Origin: Clostridia bacterium
GTDB lineage: Bacteria; Bacillota; Clostridia; CAKSNL01; HGM11501
Length of the DNA: 64,000 nt
Assembly (NCBI GenBank): GCA_045588365.1
Contig: JAZNEB010000003.1
Coordinates: forward strand, 17,004 to 81,003
Direction: 5' to 3'
Shown: piece by piece, positions 56,028-64,000 of the stretch
How positions within the stretch are numbered: position 1 is the stretch's first letter
Layout: the number at the start of each line of letters is the position of its first letter
Translations under genes and position numbers: made by a program
Notes under the pieces: generated by a model
Seen by the model: only the letters and a program-made list of their open reading frames with translations
Told to the model about the DNA's origin: nothing
Databases searched by the model: none

Positions 56028-56663
56028 TTATAAATCACTTGCCTCCGTGCTGATAAGCCATTTTCCGTCCTTTTTTACAACAACAATTTCCAAGCTGTCT
56101 GTTGTGGTGGGAATTTCCATTTCTTCTAAGGCATCTCCCATGAGAGAAAAAATCTCGGGCATAACAGCATCGAAAATTTCCTCTTGGGAACTGTTAAAGG
56201 TTATTACTCCTGCTTCTACAAGCTCCAGGGCAAGATTAACAATTACATCCTGGTCAAATTTTTCCGTGAGAAGCTCTTCATAATCTGTATTTTCATCGGG
56301 ATATGTGAAATCCACAATAAAGGAAAAGCCCTCATCTTTTTTTGCGGTTTCCTTGATTTCATAGGACATAGCAGAGGTAGCCCTATCAATAGCAATGTCG
56401 ATAATGGTTTCAAAGCCGTCGGAATATTTCTCGAGTTCTGCGGGTATGTTTTCGTAAATCTTTTCCGGGCTCAAGCCTTCAAAAGCCTCATCCAATACGG
56501 AAGCATCGTCAACGTATGCCTTCGCTCCTTCTATGTCCAGGGCTACAACGCAGTCAAAAAAGCCTTCCAGTGATTTTCTTGCCTCGTCCTCTCCGATGCC
56601 TGAGCAGGAAACTAAAGTTGCAAGAAGCAATAATGCAAGAAGTAATGATAAAATCTTTTTCAT
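56028..56663 (-). CDS. Hypothetical lipoprotein
   Basis: Lipobox LVSC; C-terminal K.DGKW. Confidence 0.75.
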   Translation of the reverse strand: MKKILSLLLALLLLATLVSCSGIGEDEARKSLEGFFDCVVALDIEGAKAYVDDASVLDEAFEGLSPEKIYENIPAELEKYSDGFETIIDIAIDRATSAMSYEIKETAKKDEGFSFIVDFTYPDENTDYEELLTEKFDQDVIVNLALELVEAGVITFNSSQEEIFDAVMPEIFSLMGDALEEMEIPTTTDSLEIVVVKKDGKWLISTEASDL

Positions 56664-56760
56664 AATTTTCTCTCCTTTATATTTTATAACATCAGTATAC
56701 TACAATTTACACAAAAAGACAAGACCTATTATAGGTCTTGTCTTTCGTCTTGTCTCAAAA

Positions 56761-57345
56761 TCAGAAATATCTCTTGAGTAATCCCTCAAGACCTCTACCG
56801 TGTCGAGCTTCGTCCTTTGCCATTTCGTGAACGGTGTCATGGATAGCGTCAAGGCCGTTTTTCTTAGCACAGGAAGCTAAGTCGAATTTACCCTGGGTTG
56901 CACCGTATTCACAGTCAACTCTCCACTTTAAGTTATCCTTTGTGGTAGCTTTCATGTTAGGCTCTAAATCCTCACCTAAGAGCTCTGCAAACTTTGCAGC
57001 GTGCTCTGCTTCTTCAAAAGCAGCCTTTTCCCAGTAAAGACCGATTTCGGGATAGCCCTCTCTGTGAGCTATTCTTGCCATGCAAAGGTACATACCTACC
57101 TCTGCACATTCGCCGTTGAAGTTAGCCATAAGCTGTTCAAAGATATATTTCTTATCTTCCTCAGATATATCGGGGTTGTTTTTTACTGTCTTTGCATAAA
57201 TGCCGTATTCATGCTCTGCCGCTAAAGCTGCGCCTTCTTCCATAACCTTGAACTTTTCTGTAGGAACCTTACATACGGGGCACTTTTCGGGAGCGGAATC
57301 TCCCTCGTGAACATAACCACAAACTGAACATACAAACTTTGCCAT
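56761..57345 (-). CDS. Reverse rubrerythrin / NADH peroxidase
   Basis: N-terminal CSVCGY...CPVC rubredoxin domain; EEAEH and DEARH diiron motifs. Confidence 0.92.
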   Translation of the reverse strand: MAKFVCSVCGYVHEGDSAPEKCPVCKVPTEKFKVMEEGAALAAEHEYGIYAKTVKNNPDISEEDKKYIFEQLMANFNGECAEVGMYLCMARIAHREGYPEIGLYWEKAAFEEAEHAAKFAELLGEDLEPNMKATTKDNLKWRVDCEYGATQGKFDLASCAKKNGLDAIHDTVHEMAKDEARHGRGLEGLLKRYF

Positions 57346-57380
57346 AAAAATTACCTCTTTCTTTATATTATTATTTCATT

Positions 57381-57761
57381 TTATTTTTTGCAATCGGGGC
57401 AGATGCCTCGAAAACTTACGGTGTAATCTGTTACCTCAAAGGGGGCATCTTTTATGATGCCGTCAACCGGGAGGCGGATGAAATCTGTGGGGATATCAAA
57501 AATTTTCATACATTCCGTGCAAGAAAGGTGAAAATGGGGGGAAGAGTTTCCGTCATAATGAGCGGTTTTTTCCTGGCCTTCGATTTTTTGTATAATTCCC
57601 TTGCTTGCCAGCTGCTCTAAATTTCTGTAAACAGTGGCAAGAGAAAGCTCGGGGATTTCATCTTTAAGGGACATATAAATCCACTCGGCGGTAGGATGAC
57701 AAGTAACACTTCTCAAAAGCTCGAGTATTCTGTTTCGTTTAATACTGTTTCGTGTATTCAC
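57381..57761 (-). CDS. Fur/PerR family transcriptional repressor
   Basis: HPTAEWIY, SLATVYRNL, HFHLSCTEC, CPDC; GTG start after AGGAGG. Confidence 0.92.
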   Translation of the reverse strand: MNTRNSIKRNRILELLRSVTCHPTAEWIYMSLKDEIPELSLATVYRNLEQLASKGIIQKIEGQEKTAHYDGNSSPHFHLSCTECMKIFDIPTDFIRLPVDGIIKDAPFEVTDYTVSFRGICPDCKK

Positions 57762-57776
57762 ATTGTCCTCCTTTCT

Positions 57777-57795
57777 AATAATGATAATCATTATC
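57777..57795. promoter_or_regulatory. Fur/PerR box (autoregulatory)
   Basis: AATAATGATAATCATTATC, 18/19 match to the classical GATAATGATAATCATTATC. Confidence 0.8.
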
Positions 57796-57958
57796 GTTAT
57801 TGTTAATATAACACACCAAAAGAAATTTGTCAACAGTTTTTTGAAAAAAATTTAAAATAGAGCAAAAAAACAAAGAAATGAGAGCAAGTTGACAAAAAAA
57901 CAAAGGAAATTGCAAGAAAATGGTGATATAATAAGCCTGTGAAACGGAGGTAGTAAAA

Positions 57959-59350
57959 ATGAAAGTGGAAAACAACGTAGCTACAGATGTTAAAATAGCA
58001 TACATAGGCGGCGGTTCAAGAGGCTGGGCGTGGGGTCTTATGAGCGACCTTGCATCCACCGATGCCATGAGCGGAGATGTATATCTTTATGATATTGATT
58101 TTGAAGCTGCTTATGCCAATGAAATAATAGGAAACAAATACAACGATGCGGAGGGGGCTAAATCCAAGTGGAACTATCATGCCACTAAGACAATAGATGA
58201 AGCTCTTAAGGATGCAAATTTTGTTGTAATATCAATTCTTCCCGGAACCTTTGATGAAATGGAGTCGGACGTACACGCTCCCGAAAAGTACGGAATTTAT
58301 CAGCCCGTAGGCGATACAACGGGTCCAGGCGGTGTGATAAGAGCGCTCCGCACAATTCCTATGTTTGAGGTTATAGGAAAGGCAATAAAAGAAAACTGTC
58401 CCGATGCATGGGTAATAAACTACACAAATCCCATGGCGGTTTGTGTAAATACATTGTACAGAACTTTCCCTGAAATCAAGGCGTTCGGATGCTGCCATGA
58501 GGTTTTCGGAACACAGAGCCTCCTTATAAGAGCGCTTAAAGAGGAAACAGGAATTTCCGCTATAAGAGAAGAAATCAATGTAAACGTTATTGGTGTAAAC
58601 CACTTTACATGGCTCAACTCCGCAAAGTATAAGGAACTTGACCTTATGCCCATATACAGAAGATTCTGTGAGAAAAACATTGACAAGGGTCTTGCTGAAA
58701 ACAGTGATGTAAACTGGATTAACAAGCAGTGGCTCACAAAGGACAAGGTGAAGATGGACCTTTTCTTGAGATACGGCGTTATTGCTGCGGCAGGGGACCG
58801 TCATCTGGCAGAATTCTGCGAAGGAGCATGGTATCTTAAGGACCCCGAAATGGTGGAGAAAAAGTGGAATTTCGGTCTTACCAGCGTTAAATGGAGAAAG
58901 TACGACCTGGAGAACAGACTTGCCAAGTCCAAGAGACTTTTGAGCGGCGAGGAAAAGGTTGTAATTAAAAATACAGGAGAAGAAGGCGTAAATCAGATGA
59001 AAGCCCTTCTTGGTATAAGTCCTCTGGTTACAAACGTAAACGTTCCTAACAAGGGACAGATTCCCAATCTTCCCATGGGTGCGGTTGTGGAAACAAACTC
59101 CGTTTTCCGTGCGGATGAAGTAAGACCCGTATTTGCAGGTGAAATTCCTCAGAATATCTATACACTTATAGCAAGAAATGCAGGGGCACAGATGCAGATT
59201 GTGGAGGCAGGTATTACAAGAAACGTAAATCTTGCTTTTGATGCTTTTGTAAATGACCCGCTTATGACACTTCCTCTGGCTGAAGCAAGAAAGCTCTTTG
59301 ATGAGATGATTGAAAATACAAAAAAATATCTCACAATGTATAATATATAA
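57959..59350 (+). CDS. Family 4 glycoside hydrolase, probable alpha-galacturonidase (LplD-like)
   Basis: IGGGS, GDTTGPGG, NYTNP, GVNHF; CHEV motif typical of LplD-type GH4. Confidence 0.85.
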   Translation: MKVENNVATDVKIAYIGGGSRGWAWGLMSDLASTDAMSGDVYLYDIDFEAAYANEIIGNKYNDAEGAKSKWNYHATKTIDEALKDANFVVISILPGTFDEMESDVHAPEKYGIYQPVGDTTGPGGVIRALRTIPMFEVIGKAIKENCPDAWVINYTNPMAVCVNTLYRTFPEIKAFGCCHEVFGTQSLLIRALKEETGISAIREEINVNVIGVNHFTWLNSAKYKELDLMPIYRRFCEKNIDKGLAENSDVNWINKQWLTKDKVKMDLFLRYGVIAAAGDRHLAEFCEGAWYLKDPEMVEKKWNFGLTSVKWRKYDLENRLAKSKRLLSGEEKVVIKNTGEEGVNQMKALLGISPLVTNVNVPNKGQIPNLPMGAVVETNSVFRADEVRPVFAGEIPQNIYTLIARNAGAQMQIVEAGITRNVNLAFDAFVNDPLMTLPLAEARKLFDEMIENTKKYLTMYNI

Positions 59351-59487
59351 TAAGGTAGGGATTTATATTTTGAAAGGCTTCGCAAAACTTTGCGAAGCTT
59401 TTTAAAATTATCTTGACAAAGGGTAACTTTGGTTATATAATAGAAGCGATACCTTGTAAGGTTTTGCTAATTTTTAAGGAGTGATTA

Positions 59488-61203
59488 ATGATGAAAAAAT
59501 CTATAGCAATCCTTTTAACTGTACTTATGGTTATTGGTATGGTTGGAAGCGTAAGTGCGGTAACCGTCGGCAGTCTGATTGCAGAAGGCATTACAATCAA
59601 CTGTAGTGTTGAAACCGACATTATGGTAAGAAAGGCAGGCACAACAAAGTATAATAAAACCACAGAGCTTAATGCTACACAGGCATCCGGCGGAAATTAC
59701 TTTGATTTCAGTGCAGTTGTTGATCTTGCCAACGTAAAGACAAAATTCAACAACACAAAGGCACTTATGGAGAAAAAAATAGACAAGGCTGTTGAAAACA
59801 GTGATGCATTGGATAAGGCAGCTTTGAAGGCTGAATATATGGCAGCTCTTGACCTTCTTGTAATTGAAGGCTATTTTGATATTACTATAGCATATGATGA
59901 TGGCCTGATTATGCCCGAAACGATGACACACGATATGTTAGTGGCTGATGAAGAGCTCTTCACATGGGACGTTCCTTCCGATAACGGAGAAGGAACCATC
60001 ACTTTGAGAGTTAATGTTGCAGAAGGTGTTACTGTAGCTATGGCGGCAGCTGAGCTTTTCTCAAACAACCTTGTGATGACTTGCGAAGATGTCAAAGTTG
60101 AAGAATTGGGCGAATATACAATCTCCGGTACATTCTCCGGCGCTACCAATATAGTTGAAGGCGGAGTTACACTTTCTGATGCTACTTATGTGGCAGTTCA
60201 GGATTCTTCCGATGCTGACGGAGCTCTTTCTGCTACAGTAAAGGTTATAGAATCTTCAGGCTCCAGCACATCTTCCAGAGAAGAAAGACCTGCGTCTACA
60301 ACAACTCCTCCCGCAACAGAAGACAAGGAAACAGTTTCCACTTCTGTTACAGGCTCTACCGCAACAGTAACCAAGGTTAATACAGAAAAGGTAGAAGAAG
60401 GCTCAAGCGTTGCAGTTGACACAACTGCTTCCGGCAAGAAGGTTACAACAGTTAAGATTTCTGCACCTTTAGCAGAAGATATTGCCGATAAGAAGGCTGG
60501 CCTTGAGGTTGCCCTTGACGGAGCAGAGGTTGCAATTGATGCAGAAGCTCTTGCTGAAATGACAAAGGACGCTAAGGCTACAGATAAACTTGAAATTTCT
60601 GTAAAAGCTGACGGCGATGAGATTGATGTTACATTAACTATGGGTAATGAAGATGTTGCTTCCAAGGCTAAGATAACAGTTGATTATAAGGTTCCTGAAG
60701 GCAAGGTTGCAAATACACTTGAAGTTGTTGACGAAAAAGGAAATACCGTTCCTGCAACTTACGATGCTGAGACAGGCAAGCTTACAATTGAAGCAGTAAG
60801 CGGAGAATATAAGGTTGTTACAGCTTCTGTAGAAAATGTAATCATTCTTACAATCGGTGAAGAAGAGGCGCTTGTTTACGGTGAAGAAAAGACAAACGAT
60901 GTTGCTCCCAAAATCACCAAGGACCGCACAATGCTTCCCATAAGATTCGTTGCAGAGAACCTGGGCGCTAAGGTTTCATGGGATGAAGAAACCAGAACAG
61001 TTACAATCAACGACGGCGCAACCGAAATTAAGCTTACAATCGATTCCGATGTGGCTTTAGTAAACGGAGAAGAGGTTAAGCTTGATTCCGAAGCTCATAT
61101 TGAAAATGACAGAACCTACATTCCTGTTCGTTTCGTAGCAGAAAGCCTTAAAGCGAAGGTATTCTGGAACGAAAAGACACAAGAGGTTACAATTTCCAGA
61201 TAA
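59488..61203 (+). CDS. Secreted surface protein with C-terminal copper-amine-oxidase-like (stalk) domain
   Basis: Signal peptide, S/T-rich linker, RTMLPIRFVAENLG and RTYIPVRFVAESL repeats. Confidence 0.85.
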   Translation: MMKKSIAILLTVLMVIGMVGSVSAVTVGSLIAEGITINCSVETDIMVRKAGTTKYNKTTELNATQASGGNYFDFSAVVDLANVKTKFNNTKALMEKKIDKAVENSDALDKAALKAEYMAALDLLVIEGYFDITIAYDDGLIMPETMTHDMLVADEELFTWDVPSDNGEGTITLRVNVAEGVTVAMAAAELFSNNLVMTCEDVKVEELGEYTISGTFSGATNIVEGGVTLSDATYVAVQDSSDADGALSATVKVIESSGSSTSSREERPASTTTPPATEDKETVSTSVTGSTATVTKVNTEKVEEGSSVAVDTTASGKKVTTVKISAPLAEDIADKKAGLEVALDGAEVAIDAEALAEMTKDAKATDKLEISVKADGDEIDVTLTMGNEDVASKAKITVDYKVPEGKVANTLEVVDEKGNTVPATYDAETGKLTIEAVSGEYKVVTASVENVIILTIGEEEALVYGEEKTNDVAPKITKDRTMLPIRFVAENLGAKVSWDEETRTVTINDGATEIKLTIDSDVALVNGEEVKLDSEAHIENDRTYIPVRFVAESLKAKVFWNEKTQEVTISR

Positions 61204-61460
61204 CGTGAGATTAAACCCGAGTGGTTTTAAGCCACTCGGGTTTTTCTTCTGTAAGGATATTCGGCAAAATCTACCAAAGGAAAATGTAAGCGCCGAAAAA
61301 TAATAATTTAAATTTTCGTAAAAAAACTATTGCTTTTTTAGAAAATGTGTGATAAAATGTATTTTGCTTAAAAATACAAAGGACGAAAGTGATCAACCGT
61401 TCAGGATTATTTGAAGTTCTAACCCAAATGTATTAAATTCATGCTTTGGAGGTGAAACTA

Positions 61461-61724
61461 ATGCCCAATATTAAATCGGCAAAGAAGAGAGTTCTTGTTA
61501 TAAGCAAGAAGACACTCAGAAATCAGATGATTAAGTCTGCTATCCATACTGCACTTAAGAAGGCAGATGCTGCCATCGTTGCAGGAGATAAGGAAGCTGC
61601 TACAGCTGCAGTTACTTACGCAGTTAAGAAAATGGATCAGGCTGTTGCAAAAGGCGTTTTCCACAAGAACACAATCGCAAGAAAGAAAGCAGCTCTTGCA
61701 AAGCGTTTCAACAAAATGGCGTAA
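61461..61724 (+). CDS. rpsT: 30S ribosomal protein S20
   Basis: MPNIKSAKKR...KGVFHKN. Confidence 0.98.
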   Translation: MPNIKSAKKRVLVISKKTLRNQMIKSAIHTALKKADAAIVAGDKEAATAAVTYAVKKMDQAVAKGVFHKNTIARKKAALAKRFNKMA

Positions 61725-61872
61725 GTTCTTTAATAAAAATAAATTAAGTCAGTTTCCCACTGTACGATTTGTAACAAAAATCTACTAAACGTAGATTTTT
61801 TTGTTGTGTAGGAAAACAGAAGATAAAAGCCCCGTATATATCGGGCTTTTCCATACAAAGGAGTGAAACCCC

Positions 61873-63024
61873 ATGAGAAGACTTTTTACATCCGAATCAG
61901 TTACCGAAGGACATCCTGATAAATTGTGCGACCTTATATCGGATACCGTTCTTGATGCCTATCTGGAAAAGGATCCTGATTCCAGAGTTGCCTGTGAAAC
62001 CACAGCCTCAACAGGTCTGATTACGCTGATGGGAGAAATTACAAGTAAGGCTGTAATAGATGTTCAGCCTTTGGTCAGAGCAGCCATAAAAGAAGTGGGT
62101 TATACCGATTCTGCCATGGGCTTTGATGCGGATACCTGCTCTGTTATGAACTCTATCCACGGTCAGTCTCCTGATATAGCCATGGGCGTGGGTGATAACA
62201 ATGACGAAAACAGCGGGGCGGGAGACCAGGGACTTATTTTCGGTTACGCTTGCTCTGAAACTGAAAGCTTAATGCCCCTTCCCATTTATCTTGCTCATAA
62301 GTTATCCAAGAGACTTACTGATGTCAGAAAAGAAGGAATTCTTACATACCTCCGTCCTGACGGCAAAACACAGGTAACAGTAGAGTATGATGAATTTGAT
62401 AATCCCAAGAGAATAGATACAATTGTTGTTTCTACTCAGCATTCGGAAGATGTAACCTTGGAAACCATAAAGAAAGACATAAAAAAATATGTCATTGAGC
62501 CTGTCATTGAAAAGGGTATGATTGACGAGGACACGAAATATTTCATCAATCCCACAGGTCGTTTTGTAATAGGCGGACCCTATGGTGATTCGGGACTTAC
62601 AGGAAGAAAGATTATCGTGGATACCTACGGAGGATATGCACGCCATGGCGGTGGCGCTTTCTCGGGAAAGGACCCCTCCAAGGTTGACAGAAGTGCTGCA
62701 TACATGGCAAGATACGTTGCCAAGAATTTAGTTGCGGCAGGTCTTTGCTCCAAGTGCGAAATACAGCTTGCCTATGCCATCGGCGTGGCGGAGCCTGTTT
62801 CTGTAAGAGTTGATACCTTTGGGACGGGAGTTCTTTCGGAAGATAAGATAGAAGAAATCGTAATGAACAATTTCGATTTAAGACCTTACGGTATTATAAA
62901 GACCTTGAATTTAAGAACACCCATATATAAGAAAACATCCAACTACGGACATATGGGCAAAGAGGGACTTCCCTGGGAAAAGACAGACAAGGCAGAGCTT
63001 CTTAAAAAAGCTGCAAATATTTAA
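61873..63024 (+). CDS. metK: S-adenosylmethionine synthetase
   Basis: [28 protein letters not shown]. Confidence 0.98.
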   Translation: MRRLFTSESVTEGHPDKLCDLISDTVLDAYLEKDPDSRVACETTASTGLITLMGEITSKAVIDVQPLVRAAIKEVGYTDSAMGFDADTCSVMNSIHGQSPDIAMGVGDNNDENSGAGDQGLIFGYACSETESLMPLPIYLAHKLSKRLTDVRKEGILTYLRPDGKTQVTVEYDEFDNPKRIDTIVVSTQHSEDVTLETIKKDIKKYVIEPVIEKGMIDEDTKYFINPTGRFVIGGPYGDSGLTGRKIIVDTYGGYARHGGGAFSGKDPSKVDRSAAYMARYVAKNLVAAGLCSKCEIQLAYAIGVAEPVSVRVDTFGTGVLSEDKIEEIVMNNFDLRPYGIIKTLNLRTPIYKKTSNYGHMGKEGLPWEKTDKAELLKKAANI

Positions 63025-63149
63025 GCTGATGCACCGGAAAGCGAAAAAAGTCGTTTTTCGGTGCATTAAATTTTATTTTTCACTTGACAAAGAAATGGTT
63101 ATGAATTATACTGTTTTTAGTGTTTTAAATATTGAACGGAGGAAAAACA

Positions 63150-63770
63150 GTGCCGATATCCGATTATGAAAGTCTTAAAGATGAGGAGCTTCTTGTAAAG
63201 AGTCGCTCGGGTGATAATCAGGCTCTGGATTTGCTTATTTCAAGGTACATCGGACTGGTAAGACAGAAAGCATTCCGCTTTTTTTTAGTGGGTGCGGATA
63301 AGGAAGATTTAATTCAGGAAGGGTTAATCGGACTTTTCAAAGCAACGAGAGACTATAAGATAGAGCTTAATGTTCCCTTCAAAAGCTTTGCTGAAACCTG
63401 TATAAAGCGTCAGCTTGCTACGGCAATAAAAGCAGCAACACGTCTTAAGCACAGCCCCTTAAATAACTCCGTTTCCTTAAGTCAGCCTCTTTTTGAAGAA
63501 GAAAGCGATGCTGAGCTTATAGATATGATTTTTGAAAACTCAGTCCCCAATCCCGAGGAAATTTTAATAAATAAAGAGCGCTTCGGTCATATGGGGGAGA
63601 AAATAAAGGACCATTTAAGTAAGTTTGAGCTTAAGGTTCTGGGGTACTATTTAGAGGGGATATCCTATCAGGAAATCGCCGTATATCTTAAAAAACCCGC
63701 TAAAGCCATAGATAATGCACTTCAGAGAATTCGCCACAAGGTGGAGAATATTTCGAAAGAGCGCAATTGA
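63150..63770 (+). CDS. sigH: RNA polymerase sigma-H factor
   Basis: GADKEDLIQEG.IGLFKA.RDY; SYQEIA; IDNALQRI. Confidence 0.93.
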   Translation: MPISDYESLKDEELLVKSRSGDNQALDLLISRYIGLVRQKAFRFFLVGADKEDLIQEGLIGLFKATRDYKIELNVPFKSFAETCIKRQLATAIKAATRLKHSPLNNSVSLSQPLFEEESDAELIDMIFENSVPNPEEILINKERFGHMGEKIKDHLSKFELKVLGYYLEGISYQEIAVYLKKPAKAIDNALQRIRHKVENISKERN

Positions 63771-63864
63771 TTTTGTAATATGCCCTACTGTGAAAGCAGG
63801 GGACCGGTGCAACTCCGGTCGGGGTTAAATTTATACTATTTTTTTCAAAGTGAGGAGATCAAAC

Positions 63865-64000
63865 ATGTACCAGGACAAGACATTGGTATGCAAGGATTGC
63901 GGAAACGAATTTGTTTTCACAGCCGGCGAACAGGAATTTTATGCAGAGAAAGGTTTTCAGAATGAGCCTCAGCGTTGCAAGGATTGCAGAGCTGCTAAGA
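63865..64000 (+). CDS. Small zinc-ribbon protein (zf-trcl type), 3'-truncated
   Basis: MYQDKTLVCKDCGNEFVFTAGEQEFYAEKGFQNEPQRCKDCR; SD GAGGAG. Confidence 0.9.
   Translation, partial: MYQDKTLVCKDCGNEFVFTAGEQEFYAEKGFQNEPQRCKDCRAAK

Noticed and set aside
61740-61872. SAM riboswitch upstream of metK
   Set aside because: No S-box core. TTCCC and TTGTAAC recall the SMK box, but the other elements are missing and the main hairpin is explained as the rpsT terminator.

Overview
Chromosomal window from a spore-forming Clostridia-class Firmicute (spo0A, spoIVB, sigH, obgE-yhbY-nadD-yqeK-rsfS-leuS, infC-rpmI-rplT, uvrC, metK, hydG). It has about 65 CDSs, three tRNAs (Arg-CCG, Pro-TGG, Thr-GGT), FMN and glycine riboswitches and an L20 leader. 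No CRISPR array, rRNA, integrase or recognisable transposase was seen. About 19 kb of accessory genes separate spoIVB from spo0A, and a second accessory patch follows spo0A (40.1-43.4 kb). The most striking signals are non-coding. (1) A DUF559-type endonuclease gene is enclosed by inverted REP-like ends whose internal C-GAA-G hairpins differ in sequence but keep their structure. (2) Two tRNAs share the same downstream architecture: terminator, inverted T-arm, ATTGC/GCAAT-type hairpins, then a repeated tRNA 3' end. (3) An unannotated 23-codon leader ORF and attenuator lie upstream of mgtE. (4) Two AT-rich gene cassettes are flanked by duplicated hairpins. (5) There is a 21-22 bp periodic TTTATAAA array. 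(6) A 34-bp palindrome recurs immediately upstream of ribosome-binding sites. (7) A PG-binding/lytic-transglycosylase gene is followed by putative immunity genes. All family assignments come from motif recognition by eye, not from database searches.
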